From NCBI GenBank assembly GCA_022712755.1, contig JAFLJY010000220.1, positions 1 to 42,481 on the forward strand: 42,481 nucleotides of DNA, given 5' to 3'. Shown in pieces: positions 41,467 through 42,481 of this stretch. This DNA comes from Gammaproteobacteria bacterium. GTDB lineage: Bacteria > Pseudomonadota > Gammaproteobacteria > SZUA-229. The translations under genes were made by a program, and so were the position numbers. Position 1 is the stretch's first letter. Each line of letters begins with the position of its first letter. The notes below the pieces were generated by a model, which searched no databases, was not told the DNA's origin, and saw only the letters and a list, made by a program, of their open reading frames with translations.

Positions 41467-42481
41467 TGAACTTTATTATTGACGCGACTTATTTCCTTAC
41501 CGCCGGAATATTTATTATCGGTTTAAAACAGATGTCTTCACCGGTGACCGCGCATCGCGGCATCGTTTGGGCCGGTGTTGCCATGGTGGCTGCATCACTA
41601 GCAACTTTTGGCGCACCACAAATTACCCTGAATATTGGCAATATTAATTTACAGTTGATGCTGGTGGCTATTTTTATAGGTTCTACGGTAGCTTATGTTA
41701 CTGCTAAACGTGTTGCCATGACGGATATGCCGCAAATGATCGCCATGTACAACGGCATGGGCGGCGGTGCGGCTGCGGCTATTGCAGCGGTAGAACTGGT
41801 TAAACTGTCCGGTGGTGGTGAGAGCCATGGTTTAACCATACAGGTGCTGGCAGTACTCGGTGCGGTTATCGGCTCAGTCGCTTTCTCCGGTTCAATCATT
41901 GCTTTTGCAAAACTACAGGGCATTTTGAAGAAAACCACACGTCTGCCGTTGCACCAGATAATCAATATCGGTTTATTTGTTGCGGTTTGTGTATTCGGTT
42001 ATCTGGTGGCAACCGGGCAACCGATATTTGTGTATGTTGTTGTATTCTTTGTGCTGGCACTTGTTTTGGGTGTGATGGTGACGTTGCCGATCGGTGGTGC
42101 CGATATGCCGGTGGTTATTTCATTATTTAATGCTTTAACCGGCCTGGCCGTCGCATTTGAAGGTTTTGTATTAAATAATGCAGCGATGATTATTGCGGGC
42201 ACGGTGGTTGGTGCGGCGGGTACCCTGTTAACGCAGTTAATGGCAAAAGCCATGAATCGTCCAGTGACAAACATATTATTCAGCAGCTTCGGTAGCGACA
42301 GTGGTACTGCGGTAGAAGAAGATATCGAAGGTAGTATGAAGGAGATTCAGGCAAATGATGCCGCCATCATGATGGCCTATGGGCAGAAAGTGATTATCGT
42401 GCCAGGTTACGGTATGGCAGTGGCACAGGCGCAACATAAGCTAAAAGAAATGGGTGATTTACTAGAGAGTCGTGGTATCGA
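41466..42481 (+). CDS. pntB: NAD(P) transhydrogenase subunit beta (3' partial, runs off the window)
   Basis: Not in the ORF track because there is no stop. The ATG overlaps the TAA of pntAB (TAATG). My translation reads MNFIIDATYFLTAGIFIIGLKQMSSPVTAHRGIVWAG ... MPQMIAMYNGMGGGAAAA ... VIIVPGYGMAVAQAQHKLKEM. Confidence 0.85.
   Translation, partial: MNFIIDATYFLTAGIFIIGLKQMSSPVTAHRGIVWAGVAMVAASLATFGAPQITLNIGNINLQLMLVAIFIGSTVAYVTAKRVAMTDMPQMIAMYNGMGGGAAAAIAAVELVKLSGGGESHGLTIQVLAVLGAVIGSVAFSGSIIAFAKLQGILKKTTRLPLHQIINIGLFVAVCVFGYLVATGQPIFVYVVVFFVLALVLGVMVTLPIGGADMPVVISLFNALTGLAVAFEGFVLNNAAMIIAGTVVGAAGTLLTQLMAKAMNRPVTNILFSSFGSDSGTAVEEDIEGSMKEIQANDAAIMMAYGQKVIIVPGYGMAVAQAQHKLKEMGDLLESRGI

Noticed and set aside
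1-42481. Looked for CRISPR arrays, tRNA/rRNA genes, integrases, transposases, reverse transcriptases, and toxin-antitoxin or classic phage-defence gene signatures
   Set aside because: I saw no regularly spaced direct repeats, no T-loop (GGTTCGAATCC-like) motifs, and no ORF with recombinase, transposase or RT motifs. The two palindromic elements are non-autonomous.

Overview
This 42.5-kb window looks like chromosomal DNA from a moderately AT-rich Gram-negative bacterium, probably a gammaproteobacterium (taxon not provable here). All calls come from reading the supplied ORF translations and the DNA by eye; no searches were run. There are five blocks. (1) 321-17688 is a large cell-envelope glycoconjugate locus. 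It holds GT2 enzymes, a Wzx-like flippase, an ArnT/PMT-like GT-C enzyme, two ArnC-like polyprenyl-P sugar synthases (one without the DXD motif) and SDR epimerases. It also holds a tight six-gene operon (metallohydrolase-like protein, GT4, GlpD-like flavoprotein, methyltransferase, SDR, hexapeptide acyltransferase), a UPF0104 membrane protein and a radical SAM/SPASM enzyme. A 157-bp palindromic MITE-like insert lies upstream of the radical SAM gene. (2) 17743-19520 holds small orphan genes: an 83-aa protein, an OsmC-like protein, an unlisted 36-aa membrane ORF and a secreted Q/N/Met-rich protein. (3) 19643-28468 is the most unusual part. A His-rich beta-propeller lipoprotein is transcribed divergently, across two 7-3-7 palindromic operators, from a seven-gene operon. 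That operon encodes an HTH-like protein, a DUF5666-like lipoprotein, a small 2-TM 'HIH' protein, an outer-membrane factor, a CusA-type heavy-metal RND pump and a small PII-like protein. It has no membrane-fusion adaptor gene. (4) 29235-36786 is a signalling cluster: a cNMP-binding-only protein, a hybrid kinase coupled to a periplasmic binding protein, a PAS hybrid kinase, a REC-EAL protein, and a ~200-bp palindrome between convergent genes. (5) 37111-42481 is housekeeping: di-haem cytochrome c peroxidase, DUF523, hemH and pntAA-pntAB-pntB (3' partial). I saw no tRNA, rRNA, CRISPR array, integrase or transposase.
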